A stretch of 64,000 nucleotides of DNA from a bacterium (lineage in GTDB: Bacteria > UBA8248 > JACPRG01 > G963555815), in assembly GCA_965261595.1 (NCBI GenBank), contig CBDHDG010000006.1:128001-192000 (forward strand), read 5' to 3'. The notes beneath the pieces are model-generated. The model was not told the origin of the DNA, made no database searches, and was given only the letters and a program-made list of their open reading frames with translations. Shown piece after piece: positions 50,929 through 62,284 of the stretch; position 1 is the stretch's first letter, and each line of letters opens with the position of its first letter. Both the position numbers and the translations under genes were made by a program.

Positions 50929-52341
50929 ATGCCCAAAGACCTGCGAAGTTACATCGACCTCCTCGACGAGCACCGGGAGCTCGTGCATGTAGAGAAGGAG
51001 GTCGACCCGGACAACAACATCGGCGCCCTCTGCCACCTGGCCCAAGAGCGGGCGCTGTGGATGAAGAAGATCAAGGGGCATCCCGGCTGGACGGCCCTGG
51101 CCCAGGCGCCCGCCAACTGGCGGCACATGGCCATGGCGTTCGGGATCAAGCAGGAAGAGCTGGTTTTTCACATCTCCAAATTATTGGCCGCCCCCCCGAC
51201 CGAGCCCGTCTTCCTGAACGGGGAGCCGGTCCCCTGCCAGGAAAAGGTGATCACCGGAGACGACGTGGACGTCCGGGCGCTTCCCGCCCACCTCCAAAGC
51301 CGGGAAGACGGCGGGAAATGCATCTCCGCCTCGATCTGCATCGTCAAAGACCCGGACACCGGCCAATACAACCTCTCCTACCACCGCATGATGCTCATGG
51401 GAAAAAAGCAGACGGGGTTCCTGATGCTTCCCCGGCACATGTGGAAGGTCTACAAAAAATACGAAGATCGGGACCAGCCCATGCCCATCGCCGCCGTGAT
51501 CGGCCACCACCCGGGGTTCGCCCTGGCGGGGGGGATCTCGGGGTCCGAGGAGATCGACGAAGTCCGCCTGGCGGGGACCTTCCTCGGCGAGCCCCTGCGG
51601 ATGGCGAAGGCCAAGACCATCGACCTCGAGGTTCCGGCCGACGCGGAGATCATCATCGAGGGGGAGATCCCGCCCAAGATCCGAAAGACCGAAGGGCCTT
51701 TTGGCGAGTTCCAGGGCTATTACCTGACCGGCGAGACGGACTCGCCCGTCTTCAACGTCAAGGCCATCACAATGCGCCGCGACGCCATCTACAAAATCGT
51801 GCAAAGCGCCTATAACACCGAAGCGGCGATCTTTCACCGCGTCCCGATGGCGGTCACCCTGTGGAACCGGCTCAAGCAGAACGAGGGGGGCATGACGATT
51901 CACAACATCAACGTCATTCCCACCAACTTCACGGTGATCATCCAGATGACGCCGGGCTTCGAGGGACAGGCCAAGAACACCCTGATGTCGGCCTTGTCCG
52001 GGGGCTACCTGCACCACAAGATCGCCATCGCCGTGGACAAGGACGTGGACCCTTTCGACATGAACGATGTCTTCTTCGCCATCTCCACCCGGGTCAACCC
52101 GGTGAGGGACGTCGTCATCATTCCGGGCGTCCGCAACCACGTGATGGATCCCTCCATCACCATGGTGGACCCGGAGCGGGATTACATGACCAAGGTGCAG
52201 AGCGTCGGATCGAAGATGTTCATCGACGCGACCAAGCCGTCTTTGAGCCAACCGGCCCGGGAGCGCTTCGACCGCGTCGTCCCCACGGGCTGGGACGAGT
52301 TCGACCCGGAGGCGTTTTTCCCGGATGAGAAGCCCTGGTAA
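50929..52341 (+). CDS. UbiD family decarboxylase
   Basis: KDLRSYI, YNLSYHR, VPADAEIIIEG, EGPFGEF, AISTR, KMFIDAT. Confidence 0.92.
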   Translation: MPKDLRSYIDLLDEHRELVHVEKEVDPDNNIGALCHLAQERALWMKKIKGHPGWTALAQAPANWRHMAMAFGIKQEELVFHISKLLAAPPTEPVFLNGEPVPCQEKVITGDDVDVRALPAHLQSREDGGKCISASICIVKDPDTGQYNLSYHRMMLMGKKQTGFLMLPRHMWKVYKKYEDRDQPMPIAAVIGHHPGFALAGGISGSEEIDEVRLAGTFLGEPLRMAKAKTIDLEVPADAEIIIEGEIPPKIRKTEGPFGEFQGYYLTGETDSPVFNVKAITMRRDAIYKIVQSAYNTEAAIFHRVPMAVTLWNRLKQNEGGMTIHNINVIPTNFTVIIQMTPGFEGQAKNTLMSALSGGYLHHKIAIAVDKDVDPFDMNDVFFAISTRVNPVRDVVIIPGVRNHVMDPSITMVDPERDYMTKVQSVGSKMFIDATKPSLSQPARERFDRVVPTGWDEFDPEAFFPDEKPW

Positions 52342-54042
52342 GCGGAGATCCGGACGCCGCGGCGCAAGGCTGACTCTCGGTCTCGTTCTCCTGCTCGCCC
52401 TCCTGCTCCGCGCGTGGCCCCTTTCGATTCCATCGGACGTGAATCCGGACGAAGACAGCAGCGTCACGCGCGCGCTGCGCATGGGCCGCGACAGACTGAA
52501 TCCCCGCTGGTATAAATACCCTCCGCTGTTCCTTTACACATTGTTCGCGACCTACGTCGCCCGGTACGGGTTCGAGAGGGCCACGGGCCAGGTCCCCTCG
52601 GCCCGTGCGTTCGGGGAGCGCTTTTTCTCCGACCCGCTTCCCCTTTTCATTCAAGGGCGTCTCGTATCGGTCCTGTTCGGCGTCCTCGCGGTGTGGGCCC
52701 TTTATCTCCTGGCCCGCCGGCTCTCGCTTTCGCGGCCGGCGGCCGCGGGGGCCGCCCTCTTCCTCGCGGTTTCGCCGCTCCTGGTGCGTCTTTCCCACTT
52801 CGCCCTGACGGACGGCCCGACGGTTCTGCCGTTCATCGCCTCGCTGATTCTGGCCGTCCGGGTCCTCAAAAAAGGCCGGGCCTCGGACGCGTTCTGGGCC
52901 GGGGTTCTGGCCGGTCTGGCAACGGCCGTGAAATATCCCGCCGGCGTTGTCGGGGTGGGCCTGCTGGTCGCGGCCGCCGGACGCGGACAGACAGACGCAC
53001 ACGCCGGACGCCTTGCCGGCTGGGGACTCCTGGGCGGGGTCTCCGCGTTTCTGTTGGCCTGTCCTTGGGCGTTGCTGGACGCGGGCCGTTTCTGGCAATA
53101 CCTCCTCTTTCTTGCAGATCACGTCTCAAAGTCCTGGGGCGGACTCCAGCGGGGCCGGGGGTACGGCCCTACCTGCTGGACTATCTGCCGGGGGCGCTGG
53201 GCTGGCCCATCTATCTGGCCGGCCTCCTGGGTCTTTGGGTCTGGCTCCGGCGAGAGGGATGGCGACCGGCGATCGTGGCCGGACCGGCCATCCTGTTCTG
53301 GCTCGTGATGGGCGCGGCGAAAACCCACTTCCCCCGCTTCGCCCTGGCGATGCTTCCGGTCCTGGCGCTGAGCGCTGCCCGGTGGCTCGATCACATGGCA
53401 TGGCGCCCCAGGCGTCGAGCCGTCCTCCTCGCCGGGGGGATGCTCGTGATGGCGGGTCCGCCGCTGGCCGCATCCGTTGCCTGGGACTTGCGCGCCGCCC
53501 CGCCCGACACGCGGACATTGGCAACCTCCTGGATAGAGCGAAACGTCCCGGCGGGCGCGCGGGTGCTCTCGGAAAACTACGGGCCCCGGCTGGCTTACAC
53601 CCCGGACCGGGCCCGCGAGATCGCCGCGGCCGAGCGGGCCCGCAACCCGAAGTCCGGCGCCAAGTTCGCATACCTGGCGGCCCACCCGCCGGCCCGGCAG
53701 CCGGGTTATCGGTTCGTGACGATCCCCTTGCGCCGGGATAACTTCCATGCGCTGGACGCGGACTGGTACGATCGGGGCCGGGTCGACGCGTCGGGCATCG
53801 AGTGGGTGGTGTTGAGCAGCGCGGTTTATGACCGGTACGCCGGACTCGGGAAAAGGTTTCCCCGGCAGGCCGCTTTCGGCCGGTGGCTGAGCGCGTGTTG
53901 GGAGAAGGCGGCCCGGTTCGGCCCGTTCGAGCCAATCCCGGAAGGGTGGATCGCGCGCCGTCTCGGCCGGCCGGGACCCACGCTTCGCGTCTTTCGGCGC
54001 AAGACGCCGCCCCCGCGGGGGTGTCGAAATGCCGCGCCCTAA
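52325..54042 (+). CDS. GT-C fold membrane glycosyltransferase (ArnT/PMT-like, GT39/GT83); frameshift near 53160
   Basis: NPDE, YKYPPLF, GLATAVKYP, then FPRFALAMLP and DTRTLA..WI..NVPAGA in the second frame. Confidence 0.75.
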
Positions 54043-54187
54043 AGCGCGGGACTCGGTAAGGACGAGAAGAAGAGAGGCAACGCGCGACGGAAGAATCCGC
54101 TGAGGGGATGGTTCCGCAAAGAGACCTTGAATCCGTGCTGAAATCAGGCGTTTTGATGATACACAAGAACCGCAGGATGCCTAAACA

Positions 54188-55675
54188 GTGGTCATCTCGG
54201 AAATCCCGGTGAGATACCGGCTCTTCCTCTGTGTTTTTCTGCTCTACCTCCCATTTGTGTATTCCACCACATGGTCTGAAAACGATGCGACCCTCAGGCA
54301 GACAATCGCCCTTGTCGATTCGAGGACCATTCAGATCGGTAAACCGGGCCAAATGGATTCAACCGAGAAACACCTTATTCGCTTGTCGCAATTCCGGGTG
54401 GTCGGCGATGGTGTTTACGCCAAGACCTCAGCGGGTCTGAGCTATTTCCTGCGCCTGTGTATTTTGTCCTGAAGCCCCTGTTTCCGCGGAATCAAAGAGA
54501 ACGAATCTTCCTCTTGAATTTTCTCCTCGCGGTATTCGTTGCCGCGCCGCTTGGGGCCCTGACCATCGTTCTGTTCTACGATATCATCCGGACGCGGGGG
54601 TTGACCAAATTCGATTCTCTCTTCTTATCGCTGTGCCTCGCCTTTGCGACAAATCATTTCCCATTTTCCCTTGCGCTCAAGCAGCGGTCCATCGTGGAGT
54701 TTCTGATTATCCTCGTTCTTTGGATACAGCTCGCCCATCATCATGAAAAAAGCGGAATTCAGACTGGAAGGCCGCTGGCGACGGGCATTGTCATCGGCCT
54801 CATCCCAATTACGAATTATTCAGGGATAATCTACTGGCCGGCTCTTTTTCTTTATCTATTCAATCTGTATGGCCGGCGAGAACTGGTAAAAATCGGGTTG
54901 ATCGCCTGTCTGATGCAACTTCCCTTGTTTGCTCAGACTTATGTCGTTTTCGGTCGCCTTGGTTCAAATATATATGATGATGATTTTCCGCTCATGCTCC
55001 ACACTTTTGGGACCTTTGTCATCAAGGCGTTCAATTTGCTACTCAGCCCTACCAAGGAAGCCTTCTATATACTCCTGTTTTGCTGTTGGGTCTATACGGA
55101 CTTGTCCGGGCGCTCAGATCTCCCGCGGGACGCCGCGATCCCGCAATACAGATGATTGCCGTCTGTTTCGTCACCCACTGGATTTTTTCAGTTGGTGGTT
55201 GGGCCCGGCAATTCATTCGGGAGGGGAGGAGATTTCCGGTCGCTTTATGGTTCCGATCATCCCCTTATTGCCCATGGCCGCACCCGGATTCAACGAGGCG
55301 CGCGCGGCGTGGCGCATCTTATTTCTCTTAAGCGCCATCAGCGCCTTTGCAAGTGCGCAGGCCGGAACGATCTACCACGGCGTAATCGCCATTATCTATA
55401 CAATGAAAGTCGCAGTGTCGAGTTGGGGCATGCCAGTGGTCTTCAGTGAATATGTGCCGAGCCTCTTAGGCGTGAGGACATTTCATACCGAGTTGGTCCT
55501 GCCAAGTGTCACCTTTGAAATTCTAACCACCGGAATCGCGGGAATCAGTCTCACGAAACTGTTGTGGAACCAGACGCCGTTCTTTATCCTTTTTCTTATA
55601 TTTCTAATTCCCGGGATTTGGATGTTGCGGGGAATCGTCACGACATTGTGCAAGCCGACTCCTCCGAAGAATTAA
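54188..55675 (+). pseudogene. AT-rich polytopic membrane protein (possibly GT-C-like) split over several frames
   Basis: Consecutive hydrophobic ORF pieces 54188..54472, 54457..55155, 55080..55331 and 54929..55675. Confidence 0.5.
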
Positions 55676-55742
55676 TTTCCTCGATATCCCCCCTCCCCCC
55701 TCGCTCGACCCGACTTTCCGTCATAATGGAACGGAAATCGCA

Positions 55743-56956
55743 ATGGTCTTCAGCGCAATGGAGCGTTTCGTGGACGCCAATCACCCCTGGCTGAAAGAGA
55801 TTCATCCGGAACCCCTGATCCGCACCCTGGTGGAGGCCATCCGAATCCCCAGCCCCACCGGCTCGGAACGGGAGATGGGGGAGTACTGCGCCGAGCGGAT
55901 GCGGCGCGCGGGTTTGGAGGTGACGGAGGCCACCCTTCGCCCGGAAAGTCCAAACTTTGTGGGCCGCCTTACCGGAGACCGGCCGGGTCTCTCGCTTTGC
56001 TATCACGCCCACACCGATACGGTCCCCCCCGGCGATCCCGGCACATGGACGAAAGACCCCTTCGCGGGCGTTGTGGAAAACGGCCGCGTCTTCGGCCGCG
56101 GCGCCTCGACGTCAAGCAGGACATCGCCGTCATGCTGGCCGTCGCGGAAATCCTCGCCGAACACCGGGAGCACCTGTCCGGAAGCCTGATCCTGTGTTTC
56201 GCCTCGGGCGAAGAGATCGCGGACCCAGCCGGCACGTAGCACGTCATCGATTCGGGACAGCTCCATGGCGTGGACTTCGCCGTCGTCGGCGAGCAGACCG
56301 AGTGCCGGGTGGGCGTCGCCCACCGCGGGGGCCTCCACCTGGGGGTGACGGTGAAGGGCGAGTCGGCCCACAGCAGCATCGCCGATCGGGCCGGCGTCAA
56401 CGCCATCTACAAAATGAGCCGGGTCATCGAGACCATCCGGACGCGGTACCTGCCTGATCTCGCCGGAAGGAGCCACCACCCCTACCTGCCGGCCCCCACC
56501 GCTAACGTGGCCATCATCCAGGGAGGCGTGAAGCCCAACATGGTCCCGGATCGGTGCGAAATGGTCATGGGCAGGCGAACGCTCCCCCATGAGACGCCCG
56601 AACAGGTGAGAGAGGAGGTGGAAGCGATTTTGGCGGACCTGCGGCGGGAGGACCCTGAATTGGACGTTGAGGTCGAAATCACGAAAGTCATGGCGCCCTT
56701 CGAGACGGATCCCGGGAACCCGCACGTCCGGTCCCTGCTCCGGGCGGCCTCCGCGGTCCTTGGCGACCCGCAGGAGCCCATGGGCTACGTGGCCGGAACG
56801 GACGCGCGTCTCTTCCCCCCCGCCGGAATCCCCGCCGTGGTCTTCGGCCCCGGAGAGTTTTCCCAGGCGCATACGGCCGACGAATCGGTCTCCATCGATC
56901 AGGTCGTTCAGGCGACCCGGATCCTCGCGCTTCTGGCCGCGGACCTCCTCGAATAA
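55743..56956 (+). pseudogene. M20 family metallo-hydrolase (ArgE/DapE-like); frameshift near 56105 and in-frame TAG at 56237-56239
   Basis: HAHTDTVP, FGRGA|DVK, SGEE, VVGE, GESAHSS, GTDAR, FGPG...AHTADE. Confidence 0.8.
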
Positions 56957-57134
56957 CCGAAACCCCGGCCCCCCCTCTCCTCACGCTCACCCTCCCCCTC
57001 CCTCCCGGACGGGAACGCCGCCTCGCCGAAAAACGCCGACCCGCGCACCCTCGAATCCCGCCCGAGGAAGTTCCAAGGCGCTCCCCCGCAGCGTGATAGA
57101 ATTCCGGGAGAATTCAATCAAGAGGAGGGTGACA

Positions 57135-58619
57135 TTGACGACTGCGGGCGATCATCCAGAGCGGGGGGTCTGGGGAAGCCGCCTGGGCTTTCTCCTGGCG
57201 GCCATCGGTTCCGCCGTGGGTTTGGGCAACATCTGGCGCTTCCCTTACATGGCTTACAGCAATTGAGGCGGGGCATTCCTGATCCCGTATGCCGTGGCCT
57301 TCCTCACCGTGGGTCTTCCCTTGTTGCTCTTGGAGTTCGGTCTCGGTCACCGCACGGGCAAGAGCGCCCCTTTGGCGATGGCCGAATCGGGCAAAGGTTG
57401 GGAGTGGGTCGGCTGGTGGGCGTTGTTCATCGGGATGTTCGGCGTCAACCCCTACTATTGCGTCATCATCGGATGGACGGTGGATTACTTTGTGTACGCC
57501 ATCGGGCTGGCCTGGGGCGCCGAGCCGGGGACATTTTTCTTCAAGGAATTTCTGGGGCAGACCTCCGGGCCGGGGGACCTCGGCGGCTTCCGCTGGCCCA
57601 TCCTGCTCGGGACCTTCCTGGTGTGGGGGACCACCTGGGGCGTGACCCGCCAGGAAGTCCGCCGGGGCATCGAGCTTGCGAACAAGATCATGATCCCGAC
57701 GCTTTTCCTGCTCATCATCGTCCTGGTCTTTTGGAGCCTGACGCTCGAAGGCGCGGGGGCCGGCATCCGGGCGTACCTCACCCCGGACTTCGCCGCCCTC
57801 AAACGTCCCCGCGTCTGGGTGGACGCCTACGCCCAGATCTTCTTGAGCATGAGTCTGGGGTTCGGAATCATGATCGCCTTCGCCAGCTACCTCCCCCGGG
57901 AGTCCCCCGTCGGCCGCTCCGCCGTGACCGTCGGGCTGGCGGACGGCGTGTTCGCGGTCTTCGCCGGCTTCGCCATCTTCGCCACGCTCGGCTACATGTC
58001 CCAGGTCGTCGGCAAACCCGTCGGCGAGGTCGTCACCCAAAGCATCGGTCTGGCCTTCGTCGTCTACCCCGAGGCCATCAACAAACTGCCGGCCATGCGG
58101 CCGCTGTTCGGGGCGATCTTCTTTTTGGCCCTCGCCCTCGCGGGAATCAGCTCGGCCATCTCCCTGACCGAGGCCTTCGTAGCGGCCCTGGTCGACAAGT
58201 TCCGGATGGACCGCCGGCGGGCGGTGACGATCCTCTGCTCCGCCGGCTTCGCGTTGAGCCTGGTGTTCACCACGGGAGGAGGCCTGTTCTGGCTGGACAT
58301 CGTGGATCACTTCATCACCCACTACGGGATGGTGACGATCGGCGTCCTGGAGGCCGTATTCGTCGGCTACATCCTCAAACCCCGATTCATCCGCGATCAC
58401 CTGAACCAACACCGGAAATTCCGCCTGACCGGCCGGTGGGATCTGGCGGTGATGGTCTTGATTCCCCTCATTCTCATCCTGGTCATCGGCTTGGATCTGT
58501 TAGAGGAATTGCGCGGCCCCTATGGAAACTATCCGTGGACGGCGATCCTTTTCCTCGGTTGGGGTTGGCTGGCCGTCCTCGCGGGGGGGGCCGCCTGGAT
58601 GAGCCGACAGAATGGATGA
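57135..58619 (+). pseudogene. Sodium:neurotransmitter symporter (NSS/SNF) family amino-acid transporter with in-frame TGA at 57264-57266
   Basis: [29 protein letters not shown](stop)GGAFLIPY; the frame continues into ORF 57294..58619; GAGGAGG RBS. Confidence 0.85.
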
Positions 58620-58887
58620 GTAAAGGTCGGGGGAGGCGCACGCCCGCGAATAGAGGGAAGGATCCTCTCCTTCCCTTGGAAATCCTTCAATAATTTGTAA
58701 CAGGATATTTTCGGCCGGAAGTGCAAATTCGGCTTGAAGCCGGGTCTATTCTCCTGAATAGTCTAATACCTGCGATGGAATCCTGGTGACCGGATGCACA
58801 TTCGCAGGCTCTCAATCCGCGTTCAGGCTCGCTGGGCCGGATGGATGAACCCGCCGGCGTCAAGATTGAGCATAGGAGGACAGGAAG

Positions 58888-59649
58888 GTGCGCAAGGCCC
58901 TCGTGAGGCGTATGAGCGGGCGTTTCCTGGGTCCGACTATCGGCCTGTTGATTCTAGGGGGGTGGATCGGCTTCTCGCTCGCGGACGAGTCCAAGGATGC
59001 CCGGATCACCGGCAAGGTTGAAATCCTGGTCCGCGGGTTCTTGAGCTCAAGTCCGCGGGCGGACGCCAGTGGGGTCGTGATCTGGCTGGAGCGAGTCGCC
59101 CCGGCCGGCGAAGGGACGCCCTCCTTAAAGCCGGGCGTGTCCACCCTCCTTCAGCGGAAGAAGACGTTCCTGCCCCACACCCTGACCATTCCGGTCGGCG
59201 AGAAGGTGATTTTCCCGAATCAGGACGACATCTTTCACAATGTGTTCTCCCTCTCAGCCGTTCAGCCGTTCGATCTGGGGCTTTATAAGTTGGGGAAGGT
59301 CCCCGAGCTCATATTCCGCAAACCCGGTGTTTGGCGGATCTACTGCAACATTCACTCGGAAATGTTCGCCTTCATCTACGTGTTCGACCAGCCGAGATTT
59401 GCCGCATCGAAAAAAGACGGCACGTTTGAGATCCGAGCGGTTCAGCCGGGCCGGCGCCGTGTGATGTATTCTTACCGGGCGAGTCCCGCCCAACTCCTCA
59501 AAACCATCGACATCGAGGCCGCCGCCCGAAAAAATTTGGAATTTCGGATCAATGCCTCCAAATTTCAGCTACAAGCCCATCTGAATAAGTTCGGGGCCCC
59601 CTACAAGGCGGTCACTTATAAGGAGGAAACTGGGACAGGTCCATTCTGA
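58888..59649 (+). CDS. Exported cupredoxin-domain protein with beta-sandwich extensions
   Basis: FPNQDDIFHNVFS, FDLGLY, YCNIHSEM (His...Cys-x2-His-x2-Met type-1 Cu ligand pattern); N-terminal signal. Confidence 0.75.
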   Translation: MRKALVRRMSGRFLGPTIGLLILGGWIGFSLADESKDARITGKVEILVRGFLSSSPRADASGVVIWLERVAPAGEGTPSLKPGVSTLLQRKKTFLPHTLTIPVGEKVIFPNQDDIFHNVFSLSAVQPFDLGLYKLGKVPELIFRKPGVWRIYCNIHSEMFAFIYVFDQPRFAASKKDGTFEIRAVQPGRRRVMYSYRASPAQLLKTIDIEAAARKNLEFRINASKFQLQAHLNKFGAPYKAVTYKEETGTGPF

Positions 59650-59669
59650 CCCCCAGTTCAGCTTTCGCG

Positions 59670-61568
59670 ATGCGCCTGACCCTTCGAAAAAAAATCTTCT
59701 CCTATACGGCCGTTTTGATCGCCGGCGCGATTGCGATCATCTTCCTGATCCTGGGCCGCGGGATCGAAACCGACCTCCGCCGATTCGCCGAGGAGGATCT
59801 GATCAAGACACGTTCGGTCTTCCATGAATTGGAAAAAGCGCGCTTCGACCGCCTCGTCTCCCTCGCCAACGTCATCGCCGATGTCCCCGTCCTCAAAGCG
59901 GTGGTCACCACGGGGGACCCGGCCACCGTCGCCGAGGCGGCCCTCACTTATCAAAAAACCGCCCGAAGCGACTTGTTGATTATCACCGACCGGACCGGCC
60001 GGGTCCTGGCGAGAACCCACAACCCGTCCCAATATGGAGATTCCCTACGCGACAATCCCCACGTCTCCAACGCGCTGAAAGGAGAGGTGGTCGTGGGGAC
60101 CCTCTTTCAAGGCGACTCGCTGTACCAGACGGTCGCCAGGCCCTTGACCCTCAGAGATCAGCTCCTGGGCGCGATTGTCCTGGGCTTCCGCGTCGGTGAC
60201 CCGCTGACCACGGAGCTTCACAAGATGACGGGGACCGAAGTCACCTTCTTTTTGGGCCCCCGAATCCTGGCCACTTCTCTTCAGTCTGAGAAAAAGACGG
60301 AGTTGGCCCGACTCCTGAAGCGCGGTCTCCGCAAGGCGGGAAAATCCTACGCGGGGCCCATCGCCGCGAAGCCATTCGAATTGACCCTGTCGGGAGAGCC
60401 TTTCCTGGTCCTGTTGGATAAGGTCACCGAATCCGGGACCGGGAAGCCGGTCATCCTGAGCATCATGAAGTCCCTGCGTCCATCGATGGCCGTCCGCAAC
60501 AGCCTCGGAAAGAAACTTCTATGGATGGGCCTGGCCTTCCTGGTCACCGCGATGGGGATCGCGTTTTTCCTGTCCCGGACGATCACGGGTTCCCTGCGCT
60601 CCCTCCTTCAGGGAACGCGCCGGATTTCGGCCGGGAACCTGAATCAACCCATCGAGACCGACAGCCGGGACGAGATCGGTGAGCTGGCCCGCTCATTCAA
60701 CCGGATGATGGATGACCTCAAGGCCTCCAGGGCCCAGGTGGAGGACTACAGCCGACACCTGGAATCCAAGGTTGAAGATGCGATGGACCGCCTCCGTGAA
60801 AGCCAGCACATCATCCTACGCTCGGAAAAGCTGGCGACCATCGGGAAACTGGCCTCGGGCGTGGCCCATGAGGTCCTGAATCCCGTGAACATCATCGGGA
60901 TGCACTCCCAATCCTGGCTGCGGGACGCCAATATTGAACCCAGACTCCGCAAGAGCTTCGAGGTGATCGATGAGCAGGTCCACCGTACGGCGCGCATCAC
61001 CGACGGACTCAGGCGCTTCTCCCGGCAAACCGAGCCCGAGCGAAACCGGATTGATCTGCATGACCTTCTGTCGGAAACCCTTCACCTGGTGGCCCACGAA
61101 CTTCGTCTCCAGAAAATCGAGGTCGTGCAAGACCTGGAATCCAACCTTCCGGAGGTTCTCGGCGACAAGGACCAGTTGGCGCAGGTCTTTCTGAACCTGT
61201 TCACCAACGCTCGGGACGCCATGCCCAACGGGGGCCGGCTCAGCTTGCGCGGCCGATGCGGAAGCCACGACGGCCTGAGGGCCGCCGGCGTCCACAGGGG
61301 CGGCGCCGGACTCGGCGAAAAGGGATTGGAGAACGGAGACAACCGAACGGTTGTCATCTCGGTGGAAGACACCGGAGAGGGCATCCCCGAGGAGATGCTC
61401 TCGAAGATCTTCGATCCTTTTTTCACGACCAAGCCGGTGGACAAAGGAACCGGTCTGGGCCTGTCCATCTCTCACAGCATCATCGGGGCCCACAACGGGG
61501 AAATCCAAGTCCAAAGCCGGATCGACGAGGGAACCGTCATCTCGGTGTGGTTGCCGGTGGGAGAATAG
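59670..61568 (+). CDS. Membrane sensor histidine kinase (Cache-like periplasmic domain, HAMP, HisKA, HATPase)
   Basis: Two TMs, [44 protein letters not shown]. Confidence 0.92.
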   Translation: MRLTLRKKIFSYTAVLIAGAIAIIFLILGRGIETDLRRFAEEDLIKTRSVFHELEKARFDRLVSLANVIADVPVLKAVVTTGDPATVAEAALTYQKTARSDLLIITDRTGRVLARTHNPSQYGDSLRDNPHVSNALKGEVVVGTLFQGDSLYQTVARPLTLRDQLLGAIVLGFRVGDPLTTELHKMTGTEVTFFLGPRILATSLQSEKKTELARLLKRGLRKAGKSYAGPIAAKPFELTLSGEPFLVLLDKVTESGTGKPVILSIMKSLRPSMAVRNSLGKKLLWMGLAFLVTAMGIAFFLSRTITGSLRSLLQGTRRISAGNLNQPIETDSRDEIGELARSFNRMMDDLKASRAQVEDYSRHLESKVEDAMDRLRESQHIILRSEKLATIGKLASGVAHEVLNPVNIIGMHSQSWLRDANIEPRLRKSFEVIDEQVHRTARITDGLRRFSRQTEPERNRIDLHDLLSETLHLVAHELRLQKIEVVQDLESNLPEVLGDKDQLAQVFLNLFTNARDAMPNGGRLSLRGRCGSHDGLRAAGVHRGGAGLGEKGLENGDNRTVVISVEDTGEGIPEEMLSKIFDPFFTTKPVDKGTGLGLSISHSIIGAHNGEIQVQSRIDEGTVISVWLPVGE

Positions 61569-61704
61569 AATGGCCGCAATCCATTGATGGGGCCGATGAG
61601 GCTTAAATCGTCAGGTTTTTGAACATACGGATCAACCCAAATAAGCCGGATGGGCCGCTCACGCATTCACTCGGGCAAAAAGAAAAGTTTTAAGGGGAAA
61701 CCGG

Positions 61705-62073
61705 ATGGCAAAGATCCTGGTGGTGGACGATGAAGTCCAGGCAGTAAATTTTCTGAAAGAGGAGTTGAAGCGGTGGGATCATCACGTCATCACCGCCCGG
61801 AACGGTCCCGAGGCCCTCGCGCTGATTGACACCGAGCAACCCAACCTGATGCTGATGGATATCCGCATGCCCGGCCAGAACGGCATTGAGGTTTTGCGGG
61901 AAGCCAAGGCCAAGGACCCGGAGCTGAGCGTGATTATGGTCACGGCGGTGACGGAGAAAAACATCGCGAAGGCGGCGTTGGAATCGGGGGCCGACGATTA
62001 CGTGACCAAACCCATCGACCTGGATTACCTCCAGACCACCATCCTGGTCGAGCTCACAACGCGTATGCACTAG
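61705..62073 (+). CDS. Single-domain response regulator
   Basis: VVDDE, LMDIRMP, MVTA, YVTKP. Confidence 0.92.
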   Translation: MAKILVVDDEVQAVNFLKEELKRWDHHVITARNGPEALALIDTEQPNLMLMDIRMPGQNGIEVLREAKAKDPELSVIMVTAVTEKNIAKAALESGADDYVTKPIDLDYLQTTILVELTTRMH

Positions 62074-62284
62074 ACGCGCAAATCGCCCGACGGACCCCGT
62101 CTTCGCTCAGTCCGACCCGGGTTCCGCCATCCGGTTCTTCGGCAATCCGGCCCGGACCCTTGGCCGCCGCTATCGCGGCCCACGCCGCATTGACACCCAC
62201 CCGAACCCCATAGGAAAATCAACCTCGCCGCCCGGTGACCGTCGAATTCGGCGGGACCCCCATCCCCTCTTTGGACGCATCCCG

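Noticed and set aside
57264..57266. In-frame TGA in the NSS transporter as a second selenocysteine, or as UGA=Gly recoding
   Set aside because: It aligns with a conserved Gly (GGA to TGA is one substitution), not a Cys. No convincing SECIS was seen, and TGA terminates many genes in this window.
62074..62284. tRNA-Sec (selC) upstream of selA
   Set aside because: No cloverleaf, UCA anticodon arm or T-arm could be found; only a possible TTGACA promoter at 62190.
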